Shown: positions 28,301 to 40,378 of the stretch, in pieces
Layout of the letters: each line of letters starts with the position of its first letter
Numbering within the stretch: position 1 is the first letter of the stretch
Source of the DNA: Hypanus sabinus
Lineage: Eukaryota
Reading direction: 5' to 3'
Length of the DNA: 64,000 nt
Assembly: GCF_030144855.1 (NCBI RefSeq)
Contig: NC_082720.1
Coordinates: 65,968,001-66,032,000, forward strand
The notes under the pieces: model-generated
The model's database searches: none
What the model was told of the DNA's origin: nothing
Seen by the model: only the letters and a program-made list of their open reading frames with translations
Program-made: the position numbers and the translations under genes

Positions 28301-29120
28301 TGACAGAAAATACAGAAGAACGATATCTGGGGGAAATTATAATTATCAGTCAATATTTAGCCTAGTGACCATTATTTGCAGACAGCTGTGACTAAGACAG
28401 TATAAAATGAGGAACAATCTTCACTGCCCATTTCCTCATTTTGTTCACTGGAAATGTCTGTTGAAATGGCAAAGTAACTGTTCAGATTGCCAAAGATAAA
28501 CTCAGGGGGATCAGACAGACACAGATTAAGCTGTGGAGATCACTGCAAGAACGAGTGTCTTTGTCAACAGTGGAAACCCAGTGAGAGCAGATCAGCAGGG
28601 CCAGGAGAATCACTCCGCTGTTGAGCCAAGTCAATGTGTATACTGAATGCAGAGCTGGATAGGTAGTTGAGTAGTAAGGGTGTCAACGGTTATGTGGAGA
28701 AGGCAGGACAATAGAGTTGAGAGAGATAACAAATCAGCTGTGATGGAATGGTGGAGCAGACACGATGGATCAAATGTTCTAATTCTGCTCCTAATTACTT
28801 TATGGATAGACAGCAATTTTCACAGCAGTAGTTTTCAGTTGGTTAAGTTCTCAGAACAGATGTAAAACGTCAGTTAATCAACACACTCAACAAGAGCTCA
28901 AGGGAATTTCTTCAGTTATTTTAAATGAAGAACTTTGTAGTTCAGGTAACACTGTTTAAATAGAAAGCAATGAATAAACATTGTTAAATAAGCTTTGTTT
29001 TACTTGGGGGTAACTAGATATTAGGTAAATGAAAATTATTTGCAAATTTGCTTTAGTTTGAATTGGCATTGCAGCAGCAAACGCAAATTATTCTCAAAAG
29101 CTGTGAAGGTCTTGAGGCAC

Positions 29121-29336
29121 TGATGCACCATCAATAACTCTCTGAGACATGAGGCGAGATATAGGCTTTTATTGGCTGGAAGAAAGAACAAGCAGCAATT
29201 GACCACCACACTGCATCCTGGAGACTGAGGCCAGGGCGGTGTCTCCAATCGCCTTTATACCGGGATCCGTGGGAGGAGCCACAGGAGCAGTCAGCAGGGT
29301 GGGGCGTGTCCAGACAGGTATATGTAGTTCACCACA
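29121..29336 (-). mobile_element. Short solo LTR, 216 bp, 5-bp TSD
   Basis: Termini TGATGCACC...TTCACCACA; GGCAC at 29116-29120 and 29337-29341; the - strand carries TATAAAGG (near 29255) upstream of AATAAA (near 29170). Confidence 0.85.
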
Positions 29337-29820
29337 GGCACTCTGTGAGATTCGATATGGGAAGCACTACAAGGCACAGGAGAAAATGAATCATTGCAAA
29401 GCAGATGGCTGGAACTTCACCCATGGGTAAAACTAAAAACTCTCACTCAACACTGGACTAACTTTGAAAATATTTTATGACTTTATAAATCAAATCAAGC
29501 TCATTTTTTATTTTCTTCATCCTAAAGTTTGCCAAGTGGTGTTGTATCTGGATACAGTTTAAAACTACTGGGCCACCACAATCAAATAACAAACATTGAA
29601 CCTAACAAAATTGACCATGTTTCATTCATAATGACATAGTCTGTCATTTACCATTACCTTACACTTTTGATATACTTTCAAAACTTTAACATAATGATGT
29701 TCTAAATCTAAAGTCTTCCAAAACATTTTTGAGTTCATTAACTTCCCATTTTTGGATTATTCAATTTGGTATTTCACATTGATATTTCATTGTCTCAAAT
29801 ACACTTAACATGAGTGATGC

Positions 29821-29992
29821 CGGAACCCTGAGCTGAAGAGGAAGAGGAAGCTCGCCTGCCCTGTGGTTTCACGAGAGTCACTGTCACTTACAGTGCAGAG
29901 TCTGGGGAACTCAGCCTGTTCTGTGTCTCAGTATTCGGAGATTCTAAGTCAGTCTTTGGGCTCCTTCACCAGTATCTTCCCACAAGGTAGGT
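29821..29992 (+). promoter_or_regulatory. Candidate promoter and non-coding exon 1 of the Ig-domain gene
   Basis: Tandem GAGGAAG (29838-29850), TGTGGTTT (29862-29869) and a strong donor AAG|GTAGGT (exon end 29986) in non-repeat sequence. The leader exon at 40279 begins with an acceptor, so an upstream exon is expected. The link is inferred. Confidence 0.4.
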
Positions 29993-30544
29993 GACCTCAA
30001 TGCAATCTCACTTGAAGGAAAGGATAGGTTCCAATGGGTTAACTCAGTGTTAATTATCTTGTACTGTTGGATACTTCACACTTTCAATCAGTTCTATTGT
30101 TGCAGTCTGCCTTACTGTTGATTAAACATGGGCGTTAAAACATTATTTATTTGTTCTTTTTCTTGTGTTTTTTCTCTTAATTGCACTAAAGGAGGGTTGT
30201 CATAGATCAATGACCAGACTCCCATATTATACACATTTTAATCTTTCCTTCTTGTTACTTGGCCAATAAAATAGCTTCAATGTCAAAATGGTTTGAATTT
30301 TTCCTGTTTCCCCGCCAATGCTCTGGTTTTCATTCTCCCTCACCGTTCTACTGCCTCTTCAGTTCATGGCCTGAGCAATGAGGTTAGACTTAGTTGAAAC
30401 CATTTTGCAGGGAAGGGTGTGGATGAACATTACAGACAAACTAAATGGACAGCTTTTTAATGCACAGTTAAATTCGTAGAATGGCAGCAGTAATTCCAGA
30501 ATTTCTTCAGTCAGAGGTTGTGCAAGTGTGGAACAAGCTCCAAG

Positions 30545-31600
30545 CGAAAATGGTAGTCGACAACAAGGTAGACCATCAAAGCTTGCAGTGGGATAGAAAC
30601 TAAATGGAAATACATGCTGAAAAATGGCAGATGGGATATAATGCAGACTAGTGTGAGGTGGTGAATTTTGGGAGGACAAACCAAGGTAGGAGTTACCCAG
30701 TGACTGATAGGGCACTGAGGAAGGATACAGTAGAGCAAAGGGATCTGGAAATGCAGGGCAATATTTCATTTCAAGTAGTGTCAGTAATAGAAAGGGTCTT
30801 AAAAAGAGCTTTTGGTACATTAGCCTTTATAGATCAGAGTATTTTGTCGAGAAATTGGGATGTTTGCTGAAACTGTTTGAGACAAAAGTGAGGGCGTATT
30901 TGGAGTACTGGGAGCAGTTTCTGTCACCTACATACAGGAAAGTTATCAATAAGATGGAAAAAATGCTGGAAAAAGATACAATGATGTTGCTGGACTTGAG
31001 GACCTAATATAAGGGAAGTTTGAATAGTTAGGGCTTTTTTCCCTGGAGTGTGGGAGAATGAGGGGTGATTTGATAGAGTTAGAAGAATTATGAGGGATAT
31101 AGGTAGGATAAATGCAAGCAAACTCTTTCTATTGAGGTTTAGTGGGATGAGTATTAGAGGTCATGGGTTAAAACGAAAGGTGAAATATTCAAGGGAAATC
31201 TGATGGGGAACTTCATTCAGAGGATCAGGAGTGTGAAATGAGCTGTTAGCAAAGGTTGTAGATGTAGGTTTGATTATATAATTTAAGAGAGTTTTGGATA
31301 AATACATAGTTGGGAGGGGTATGGAAGGGTATGATCCAGGTGCAGGTCAATGGAAACAGGCAGAATTAGAGTTCCCACAGATGAGATGGCCTGAAAGTCT
31401 TGTTTCTCTGCTATAGTGTTCTGTGATTTTATGACTCTATGTGAAATCAATTACAGCATTTAAGACAGAGTTCATGGATGTGAGAAGTATGGAGGGCTAT
31501 TGCCTGAGTCCAGATAGATGGCAGTGAGCAGAAGACCAGTCTGGCTCAGACAAAGTGGGCCAAAGGGCCTGTTTCTGTGTTGTGGTATCTGTGACTCTAT
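30545..31600 (+). mobile_element. CR1-clade LINE 3' fragment(s)
   Basis: ORF 30658-30870 (VNFGRTNQGRSY...QRDLE) and downstream CR1-type sequence. Confidence 0.8.
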
Positions 31601-32168
31601 TACAGTAGTGACAATATGCCAGTGGCAGAGCCCACAAAAGGGAATTGTTTACTCATGTAATTGTGTTGGAAAGATTCTAAAGTGTTCCATGGTCAAGGTT
31701 TTCATTTCATTTTTTTTTCATTTTTCAATCTTTTTTATTGATTTTCAAATAAAGAATATACAAATACAAATCAAAAGAGGAGTTTAACAAGTAGGTAATA
31801 TAAAATATATATAAACAGCAATATTAAAGACAAAAAACATATAATATCAAACTCAAATACGTAATATATAATGCTGTTATATATAAAATGGTCAGAGAGA
31901 AATTACAACTCCTCTAAGCAATCGTAAAAAAAAAAAGATTAGAAATTTTATTGATAGAGAACGAAAAACCCCACCAACCAGACTAAAACAAAAAGGAGAG
32001 AAAGAAAAAAAAAAGCAAGAAAAAGAAAGATTGGGCAGTCCAAATGAAGATAAGCTTAAAAAAGAGAGAGAAAAAAAAACACATCTTTCCAGTCATCTCC
32101 GAACCTTCATGGACAAGGATATTCTCCAAAGAGAATAAAGAAAAATAAGTAAATAAAGATAAATCAAA

Positions 32169-35100
32169 TCATGTGAAAATATTGAATAAAAGTCGCCAGA
32201 CTTGTTCAAAATTAAAAGATGTATCAAATGTCCGGCTTCTAATTTTCTCCAAGCTTAAACATGACATGACGGAGGAGAGCCTATAGAAAACAGTGGGCAA
32301 GTTAGATTCTTTCCAGTGTAGCAAAATAGCTCTCCTAGCCAGTAAAGTTGAAAAAGCTATCACATGTTGGGCGGAGGCAGACACTTTGCTTGCTTCCTCT
32401 GAGAAAATCCCAAAAATTGCTGTGTGGATTAGGTTGAACATCCATATCTATAACTTTAGATAATATTCCCAACACATCCCTCCAAAAATTATTTAAACTT
32501 ACACATGACTGAAACATATGGGTTAGAGTAGCCACTTCTGCTTTACATCTATCACAAATAGGGCATATATTATGAAAAATATGTGCCAATTTATCTTTGG
32601 AAATATGGGCCCTATGTGTTATCTTAAACTGAATTAAGATATGGCATGCACAGATAGATGAATTATTAACTAAATAATAAATTTTACTCGATTGGTTATC
32701 TGAGAGTGAATGTTGAAGTTCTACTTCCCAGGAGCGTTGAACCCTATCATTAGGTGATGTGCGAGCATTCATTAACTGTTTATAAATGATAGCTATTAAT
32801 CATTTTTGAAAAGGTTTAAACTGAAAAATAACATAAGCCAAATTTGAAGAACAGATCAAGGGGTAATATGGTAAAAAAATCACGTAAGAAATTTCTAACC
32901 TGTAAATACATGAAAAAATGTGTATTGGAGATATCATATTTATCCATTAACTGTGAAAAAGACATTAAACAGTCCTGTAAAAACAAATCTAAAAAAGTTT
33001 TTATTCCCTTAATTTTCCATGTTAGAAAAGCCTTATCCAAATTTGATGGTTTAAAAAAGAACTTAGAATAAATATTACTAGAAAGTAAAACATTATTTAA
33101 TTCAAAAAATCTACAAAATTGAAACCAAATTTTTAAAGTATGTTTAACAATAGGGTTAAGAGCTTGTTTACCTATTCTGGAGAACAAAAAGGGAAGAGGA
33201 TCTCCTAATAAAGAAGTTAATGAAAACCCCACTACTGAATTTTCCTGCAGCTGTAACCATGAAGGGTGATCTTGATCCTCTATATCATAAATCCAAAAAG
33301 TAATATAGGGAATATTAATTGCCCAATAATAAAACCTAAAGTTTGGTAAAGCCAGTTATCCATCTTTTTTTGATTTTTGCAATAAAAGTTTATTCACTCT
33401 AGAGCTTTTATTATTCAAAACATAAGACAAAATCAGAGAGTCTATTTTATCAAAAAATGTTTTTGGAACAAAAGAGGGAACTGCTTGAAATATATTAAAA
33501 AATTTCGGTAGAATAATCATTTTTATAGCATTTATTTGACCTATTGATATCATCGACATAGGTGACCATTTGGAAAGCACCTGTTGAGTATATTCAACTA
33601 AAGGGAAGAAATTATACCCATATAGGTCTTTAAATTTTTTTGTAATTTTGATACCAAGCTAAGTAAAATGGTGTTTGGCAATATTAAAAGGTATTTGATC
33701 ATAATAATCAAAATAATTATTAATAGGAAATAACTCACTTTATGTAAATTCAGTTTATATCCAGAAAAAGTACCAAATTCCATAAATATAGATAACATAG
33801 AAGCAATAGATTTCTTAGGATATGAAATGTAAACTAATAAATCATCTGCGTATAACAAAACTTTATGTAATTTATTCCCTCTCCTAATACCCTGCATGGA
33901 ATTAGAATCCCTAAGAGCAATAGCAAGTGGTTCTAAGGCCAAATTAAATAATAAAGGTCTAAGGGGAACAGCTCTGACGGGTACCTCTATATAATCTAAA
34001 GTAAGGAGACTTTTGGTTATTAGTGAGAACCGCAGCTACCGGGGCATGATAAATCAATTTAATCCAGGAGATAAATCTTGAACCAAAATTGAACCTCTTC
34101 AAAACCTGAAAACCTGAAATAGATAAGGCCACTCCACCCTATCAAAGGCTTTCTCTGCATCCTAAGATACAATACATTCAGATTCTTTGGTTGAGGGGGA
34201 ATAAATGATATTTAATAATCTTCAAACATTAAAATGTGAGTACCTATTTTTAATAAATCCTGTTTGATCGTTTGAGATAACATTAGGCAAGATACTCTCA
34301 AGCCTATTTGCTAGAATCTTAGAGAGGATTTTAAAAGCTACATTCAGTAAAGAAATAGGTCTATAGGATACACATTCCAGTGGGTCTTTACCTTTTTTTG
34401 GAATCAATGAAATTAGTGCTTCATAAAAAGTTTTAGAAAGGTTCCCAGAAGATGTAGAATCAGTGGACGTTTGATGAAGATGTGGTATAAGCATTTTATG
34501 AAAGGTCTTGTAAAATTCTACCATATAACCATCAGGTCCCGGAGCTTTACCTAATTGCACAGAGGATATAGCCTTGGCTATCTCTCTTGTTTAATAGGTG
34601 CATCTAACGTATCAGCATCTTGAATCGAAATTTGAAGTATGTTTAATCTTTGCAAAAATCTATTCATGATGATATTACTATCAGAGAATTCAGATTTATA
34701 AAGATTAGAATAAAAGTCCATAAATATCTTACTAATTTCATAAGAATCTAAAGTTTCTGTTCTATCTGGTCAGCGAATTTTTAAAATCTGTCATCTGACC
34801 ATCCCAGCCTTTAATTGACCCGCTAAAAGTTTAGCAGGTTTTTCCCCAATGTATATAAAATAAACTTTTAGATTTAAAAATTTGCTGTTCAATGGGAAAG
34901 GTCAGAAGTAAATCAAAAGGTGACTGAAGTTTGACCCTTTTATATAGGTCTTCAGTAGGTTTAACTGAATACGCTTTATCTATCTGTTTAATTTTATTAA
35001 TAAGCACTAACAATTCTGCTTTAGTTTTCTTTCTCAAGGCTGCTGAATATGAGATTATCTGTCCCCTAAGAAAAGATTTCAAGGTGTCCCATATAACCAG

Positions 35101-35947
35101 ATTTGACATTCCTTTGGTTATATTGAATTCAAAAAATATAGAAATTTGCTCCTTAATAAAATTAACAAAAGCTGGATCCTGCAACAAAATGGGGTTCAAT
35201 CTCCACTGTGAGATTTGCAAAAATCTATCCAGGAGCTTAAGGGTTAACTTTAAAGGCGCGTGATCTGAAAGCTCAATAATGTCATATGCACATTCAACAA
35301 CAGCGTTTAACAGATCTAAAAAAAAATAATCAATTCGAGTGTATTTGTGATGGACGTGTGAAAAAAAGGAGACATCTTTATCACTGGGGTGTTTATATCT
35401 CCAAATATCGACAAGGCCATATTCTAATAAAAAAGGGTTAATACAAGCTGCCGCTTTATTAGGAAGCGACGGATTGGTTGATGACCTGTCAATCGCCGGA
35501 TTTAAGCAACAGTTAAAGTTACCACCCATGATCAGTTTATATTCATTGAGATTCGGTAACTCTGAAAAAAGTTTCTTTAAAAAATCAGAATTATCTACAT
35601 TAGGTGCGTATACACACACCAGAGCTACCTTTTGCTCGCATAATAAACCAGTAAGAATTAAATATCTTCCAATCAAATCAGTAGTAGTATTAAGGTGTAC
35701 AAAAGGGGTTTGGGGACTAAGAAATATAGAAACGCCTCTTGTTTTACTATCCGACAATGAGTGAAAAAGAGGTCCTTTCCAAAAACGAAAAAATCTATCC
35801 CCATCCTGTTTTCGTATATGATTTTCTTGCACAGAAAATAATATCAGCATTAAGTGTTTTTAATTTCTTAAATATCTTTTTACACTTAATGGGATGATTG
35901 ACACCGTTCCAATTCCAAGATATTATATTAACTTTATTAACATCCAT
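32169..35947 (-). pseudogene. L1 ORF2p (APE-RT-Cys domain), multiply disrupted
   Basis: Colinear fragments 34831-35850, 34222-34560, 33598-33942, 33356-33580, 32816-33232, 32335-32772 and 32169-32441. The start position is approximate. Confidence 0.9.
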
Positions 35948-36721
35948 GTTTCAAATTGAGTTTAACATATAAAAGAAATGTTACGCAAGTACAGATTAAA
36001 CCAAAAATCACGCGGGTACAACCAGAATGACTGACGCATTTACGAAAGAGAAATCCATCAAAAGAACTGCCCAATCAAGAAAAAAACCTACTCTAATAGA
36101 CCTCTCCCCTTCCCCCCCGCCCAATAGATAGAAAGGAAGGAACCAATAGGCTGGTCCCATGCTAACTAATCACCTTTGACCCCGTTCTCCAACTTGCAGC
36201 TCCATTTGTAAAAAAAAGCAAAAATCCCACAGAAAATAGCCATAATAAAAGGCACAAACAGAATTCAACTACTATAATGTTGTGTCTAACATTAATAAAA
36301 ACATAATCAAGAACGGCCATCTTAGAATCAGCTAAAGTAGCTTAAACACATATTCAAAAGAAAGAATAAATCCGAGCAAATAATATTACAAAAAATATTT
36401 TTTCTCTCGAAAAAGAAAAAGAAATGAATATATGTATATAACAGACCTAGAACTATAATTATAGAAACAAATAAAAAAAATAAAAAGATTAATACACAAC
36501 AGGTCCTACACGGACCACTAAAGTACAATACTATAAAGGTTCCCTACAAAACAGTGATATATGTATTCATTATTAATAAGGTAAAAAATTATTGAATCGA
36601 CCACGTCCCATACCAGAGAGTGAAAAGGTATAAAATATACTTAACTCAAAAGCTCCATAAACAATTCATACAGCAGATTCTTCAAAATTGGCTATTGAAT
36701 AATCAATGTAACTTTAATATT

Positions 36722-37623
36722 TTATTCAGTAGGCTTAACTTTAAAGTGTTTAATATACTTCCATCCCTCGTGAGGAAAGTAGCTTCTCAATGGTTGAGAT
36801 TTTTCAGGAAAAATTATCAGCTTTGCTGGAAAGCGAAGGGAGGGATTTAAATCTAATTTATACATTTCACTCATAACTTCTCGATATTTCTTTCTTTCGG
36901 CAAAGATTTCAGGAGGATAATCTTCAGCTATACGAACGTGTGTTGAATTAAAGAGTAATTTCCGTTTCTTTCTGGTTTCGTGAAGAGTAGCTTCTTTAGT
37001 CGTGTAATATTGCAAAGTACCACTGCTCGAGGACGTAATTCGGCTGAACGGCGAGAGAATGGAATTCTGAGGGCTCTGTCGATTAAGGGGCTAGTTTTGA
37101 GGGTCTCAATGAAAAGTGAATACAGCATATCTGAAAAGAATTTTAACACATCGCCAGCTTCAGTATTTTCAGGCAGTCCCAGAATAGGCAGATTCCTCCG
37201 ATGCCCTCTACTATCTAAATCAACCATTCTGTTCTTCATTTTCGATAGTTCCGAGGTAATTTCATTGATTTTCTTTTCCATCAAAGATATCTTCATTTCT
37301 TGATCTTTAATAGTTTGCTTGAATAAATCATGCTCACTCTCGATTCGGGTTGTAGTCTGCTGAAGTGTTTGAAGTTAAGAATCCAAGTTTTTCAGAGAGT
37401 CTTGAATCGTAGAAATAGCTTTTTCGAGCTTCCCGTTTGAACCGGTCAGCTTATCAATTTTAATATTAAATGATCCGAATTCCGACTTCATGTCTTGTAT
37501 TGAAGAAAACATTCCCACTAGTGTAATAGGTTCCTCCATTTTCTTAGTTTGTTCTGTTTGCTCCATTTCGGGGAAAGTCTTGCCGCTTCTTAATTCAATA
37601 CGAGAATGACCTTTTTCGGCCAT
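36722..37623 (-). pseudogene. L1 ORF1p, split by stops/frameshifts
   Basis: Three consecutive fragments (37375-37623, 36928-37296, 36722-37015) with a coiled-coil region, DLDSRGHRRNLPILGLPEN and RIAEDYPPEI motifs. Confidence 0.85.
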
Positions 37624-37899
37624 TGTAGTTAAGTCGTAAAATCCTTCAGTAGAAATAATAAATCCTTCAGTAGAAGTAGTAAGTCATTAGAACTAAAAGG
37701 GATCTGTTAGTGGGATATAAAATATATTAAAAGAGAGAAAGTCGCTAGAAACGTGACCTACTCCTTATGCTGCAAAGATGAAGAATCCCGTCAAGGTTTT
37801 CAAAACATTCTACCTAACAAAATATCTGTCAGCGACCAAAGTAATAGAGTTTTCTTTTTGTGGTATATAAGTCACCCAAACCAATTGAACTGAACACTA

Positions 37900-39550
37900 G
37901 GGTTCTGTAAGAGGTACCATTAGAGATTGTGGAGGCATTAGCAATGATTTTTCAAAAATCTTTGGAATCCGGCATGATGCCTGAGGAATGTAAAATTGCA
38001 AATATCACTCCACTCTTTAAGAAAGGAGGAAGGCAGCAGAAACAAAATTATAGACCAGTCAGCCAGACCTCCGTAGTTGGGAAGATGTTGGAGTGAATTG
38101 CAAAGGATAAGGTTATGGAGTACTTGATGACAAAGTACAAGATAGGACTAAGTCGGCATGGTTTTCTGAAAGAAAAATCTTGCCTGATTAACCTGTTGGA
38201 ATTTATGAGGCAATTATAAGTAGGATAGATAAAGAGATGCAGTGTATGTTGTATATATGGAGTACTTGATGACACAGGACAAGATAGGACTAAGTCGGCA
38301 TGGTTTTCAGAAGGACTTAGATATATTAGGTATATATTAGATAGATAGGTAAGAAAGTGGAAAATGAAATACACTGCTGGAAGTGCATGGTTATGTATCT
38401 TTGAGAAGATTACAAGGAGGATAGACAAAGGGCATGCAGTGGATGTTGTATATTTGGACTTTCAGAAGGCCTTTGACAAGGTGCCACGCATGAGGCTGTT
38501 TACCAAGCTAAAAGCCCATGGTGTTACAGGAAATCTACTGGCATAGTGAAAGCACTGACTGATTGGTGGGAGGCAGTGTTTAGGAATAAAAGGATCCTTA
38601 TCTGGTTGACTGCCAGTGACAAGTGGTTTTCTGCAGAGGTTTGTGTTGGGATCACTTCCTTTAATGATTTAGATGATGGAACAGATGGCTTTGATGACAC
38701 GTTTGCAGATTGGAGTGGCAAGTAGTGTTGAGGAAGCAGGTAGGATGCAGAAGGACTTAGACAGATTAGAAGAATGGGCAATAAAGTGGCAAATGAAATA
38801 CAATCTTAGAAAATGCATGGTCATACACTTTTCTAACCATCAGGGAAAATCCAAAAATCTGAGATGCAAACGGGTGTGGGATTCCTTGTGCAGAACACCC
38901 TAAATGATAACTTGCAGGTTGAGTCAGTGGTGAAGAAAGCAAAAACAATATTAATATTCATTTCAAGAAGTCTTGGATATGAGAGGAGGGATATGATGCT
39001 GAGGCTTCATAAGGCACTGGTGAGGCCCCACCTTGAGTATTGTGAACAGTTTTGGGCTCATCAGGGTGCAGAGGAGGTTCACAATGATGATACCAGGAAT
39101 GAAGGGGTTATCATACGAGGATGGCTCTGAGTCTGTACTCACTGGAATATAGAAGGATGGAGGGAATCTCATTGAAACCTTTCAGATGTTGAAATGCTTA
39201 TACAGAGTAGATGTGGAAAGGATTTTTCCTTGGTGGGGGAGTGAGTATAGGACAAGAGGCACAGCCTCAGGATAGAGGGGTGACCATTTAAAAAGGAGAT
39301 GTCCAATAATGTTTTTAGCCAGAGGGTGGTGAATTTGTGGAATTCGTTACCACAGGCAGCTATGGAAGCCAGGTCATTGATTGTATTTGAGACAGAGATT
39401 GATAGGTTCTTGTTTGGACATGACATCTAAGGTTATGAGGAGAAGAACGGGAAACAGGGTTGACGAGGGGATAAAAATTTTCAGCCATGATTGAATGGCA
39501 GTGCAGACTTGATGGGCCAAATGGCTAAATTTAGCTCCTATGTCTTATGG
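37900..39550 (+). mobile_element. CR1-clade LINE 3' part
   Basis: ORFs 38364-38546 (VVYLDFQKAFDKVP) and 38864-39130 (LVRPHLEYCEQFW); the 3' tail is near 39545. Confidence 0.88.
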
Positions 39551-39659
39551 TCTTAGGTCTAAATGCCAACCCCATCAATGACGACCAAAAACACACACTA
39601 GCTTCTCTCAGAACACAGGACTGGAATCTGGCATTGTCTTCTAGTGCTGTAACCCATCC

Positions 39660-40131
39660 ACATCAAAATTTGACATGTTGTGCATTCAGAGATGCTTGTC
39701 TGCACACTTGTATCACGTGGTTATTTGATTTACTGTCACCTTCCTGTCAGCTTAAACCCTTCTAGCCATTGTCCACTGTCTTCGCTCATTAATGAGGGAT
39801 TTTCACCCACTGAACTGCTGCTCATTGTTGTTTTAAATTGTGGTTTGCACAATTCTCTGCAAACTCTCAACACTGCTGTGTGTGAAAATCACCGGAGATC
39901 AGCAGTTCCTGAGGTTCTCAAACTACCACGCCTTGCACCAACAATCATTGCGTAATCAAAATCACTTGGATCACATATCTTCCCCATTCTGAAGCTTGGT
40001 CTGAACAACTACTGAAGCCCTTAACCATGTCTGTATGCTTTCCTGCATTGAGTTGTGGCCACATGATTGTTTCATTAGATATTTGCATTGACCAGCAGGT
40101 ATACAGGTGTCCCTAGAAAAGTGGCCACTGA
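39660..40131. mobile_element. Tc1/mariner-type non-autonomous DNA transposon remnant
   Basis: It ends in GGTATACAGGTGTCCCTAGAAAAGTGGCCACTGAG, which I recall as resembling a fish Tc1-type TIR; only one terminus was found. Confidence 0.5.
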
Positions 40132-40290
40132 GATTAGAATCACTGTGTTTAAAATGATGAACAATTTTCCACGTTGTGTAACCCACTTGACCCTCTCTAC
40201 AGTGAAACTCAATGTACTAATGCATGCTGTCTGTTGTTTCCGGTTGCTCAGTCTAAAGCTGCATTTATTTTCTTGCAGGAAACCCACAAA

Positions 40291-40378
40291 ATGAGGCTGA
40301 GGATTCACTGCAGAAGTTTCTCAGCCAGTCTGATGTTTAATGTCCTTGTTTTACTTCTTCATCCTGTTTCCACACAAA
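40291..40378 (+). CDS. Leader (signal peptide) exon; the exon starts at 40279
   Basis: Acceptor TTTATTTTCTTGCAG (AG 40277-40278), ATG at 40291, MRLRIHCRSFSASLMFNVLVLLLHPVSTQ, phase-1 donor GTAAGT at 40379. Confidence 0.8.

Larger units (their letters stand above)
31705..37789 (-). mobile_element. Full-length L1/Tx1-like LINE (about 6.1 kb), ORFs disrupted, 13-bp TSD
   Basis: TSD GTCAAGGTTTTCA at 31692-31704 and 37790-37802; A-rich tail at 31705-31730 (- strand); ORF1 pieces 36722-37623; endonuclease 34831-35850 (QENH...VYAPN...GGNFN...SDHAPL); RT pieces (KAPGPDG, YRPISLLN, LLYADDLL); C-terminal CPICDRC..HMFQSC. Confidence 0.95.

Noticed and set aside
28480-28630. Hydrophobic - strand frame (LTWLNSGVILLALLICSHWVST) resembling a leader or TM exon
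   Set aside because: No ATG, the apparent acceptor is inside a CR1 fragment, there is no good donor, and the hydrophobic run is short.
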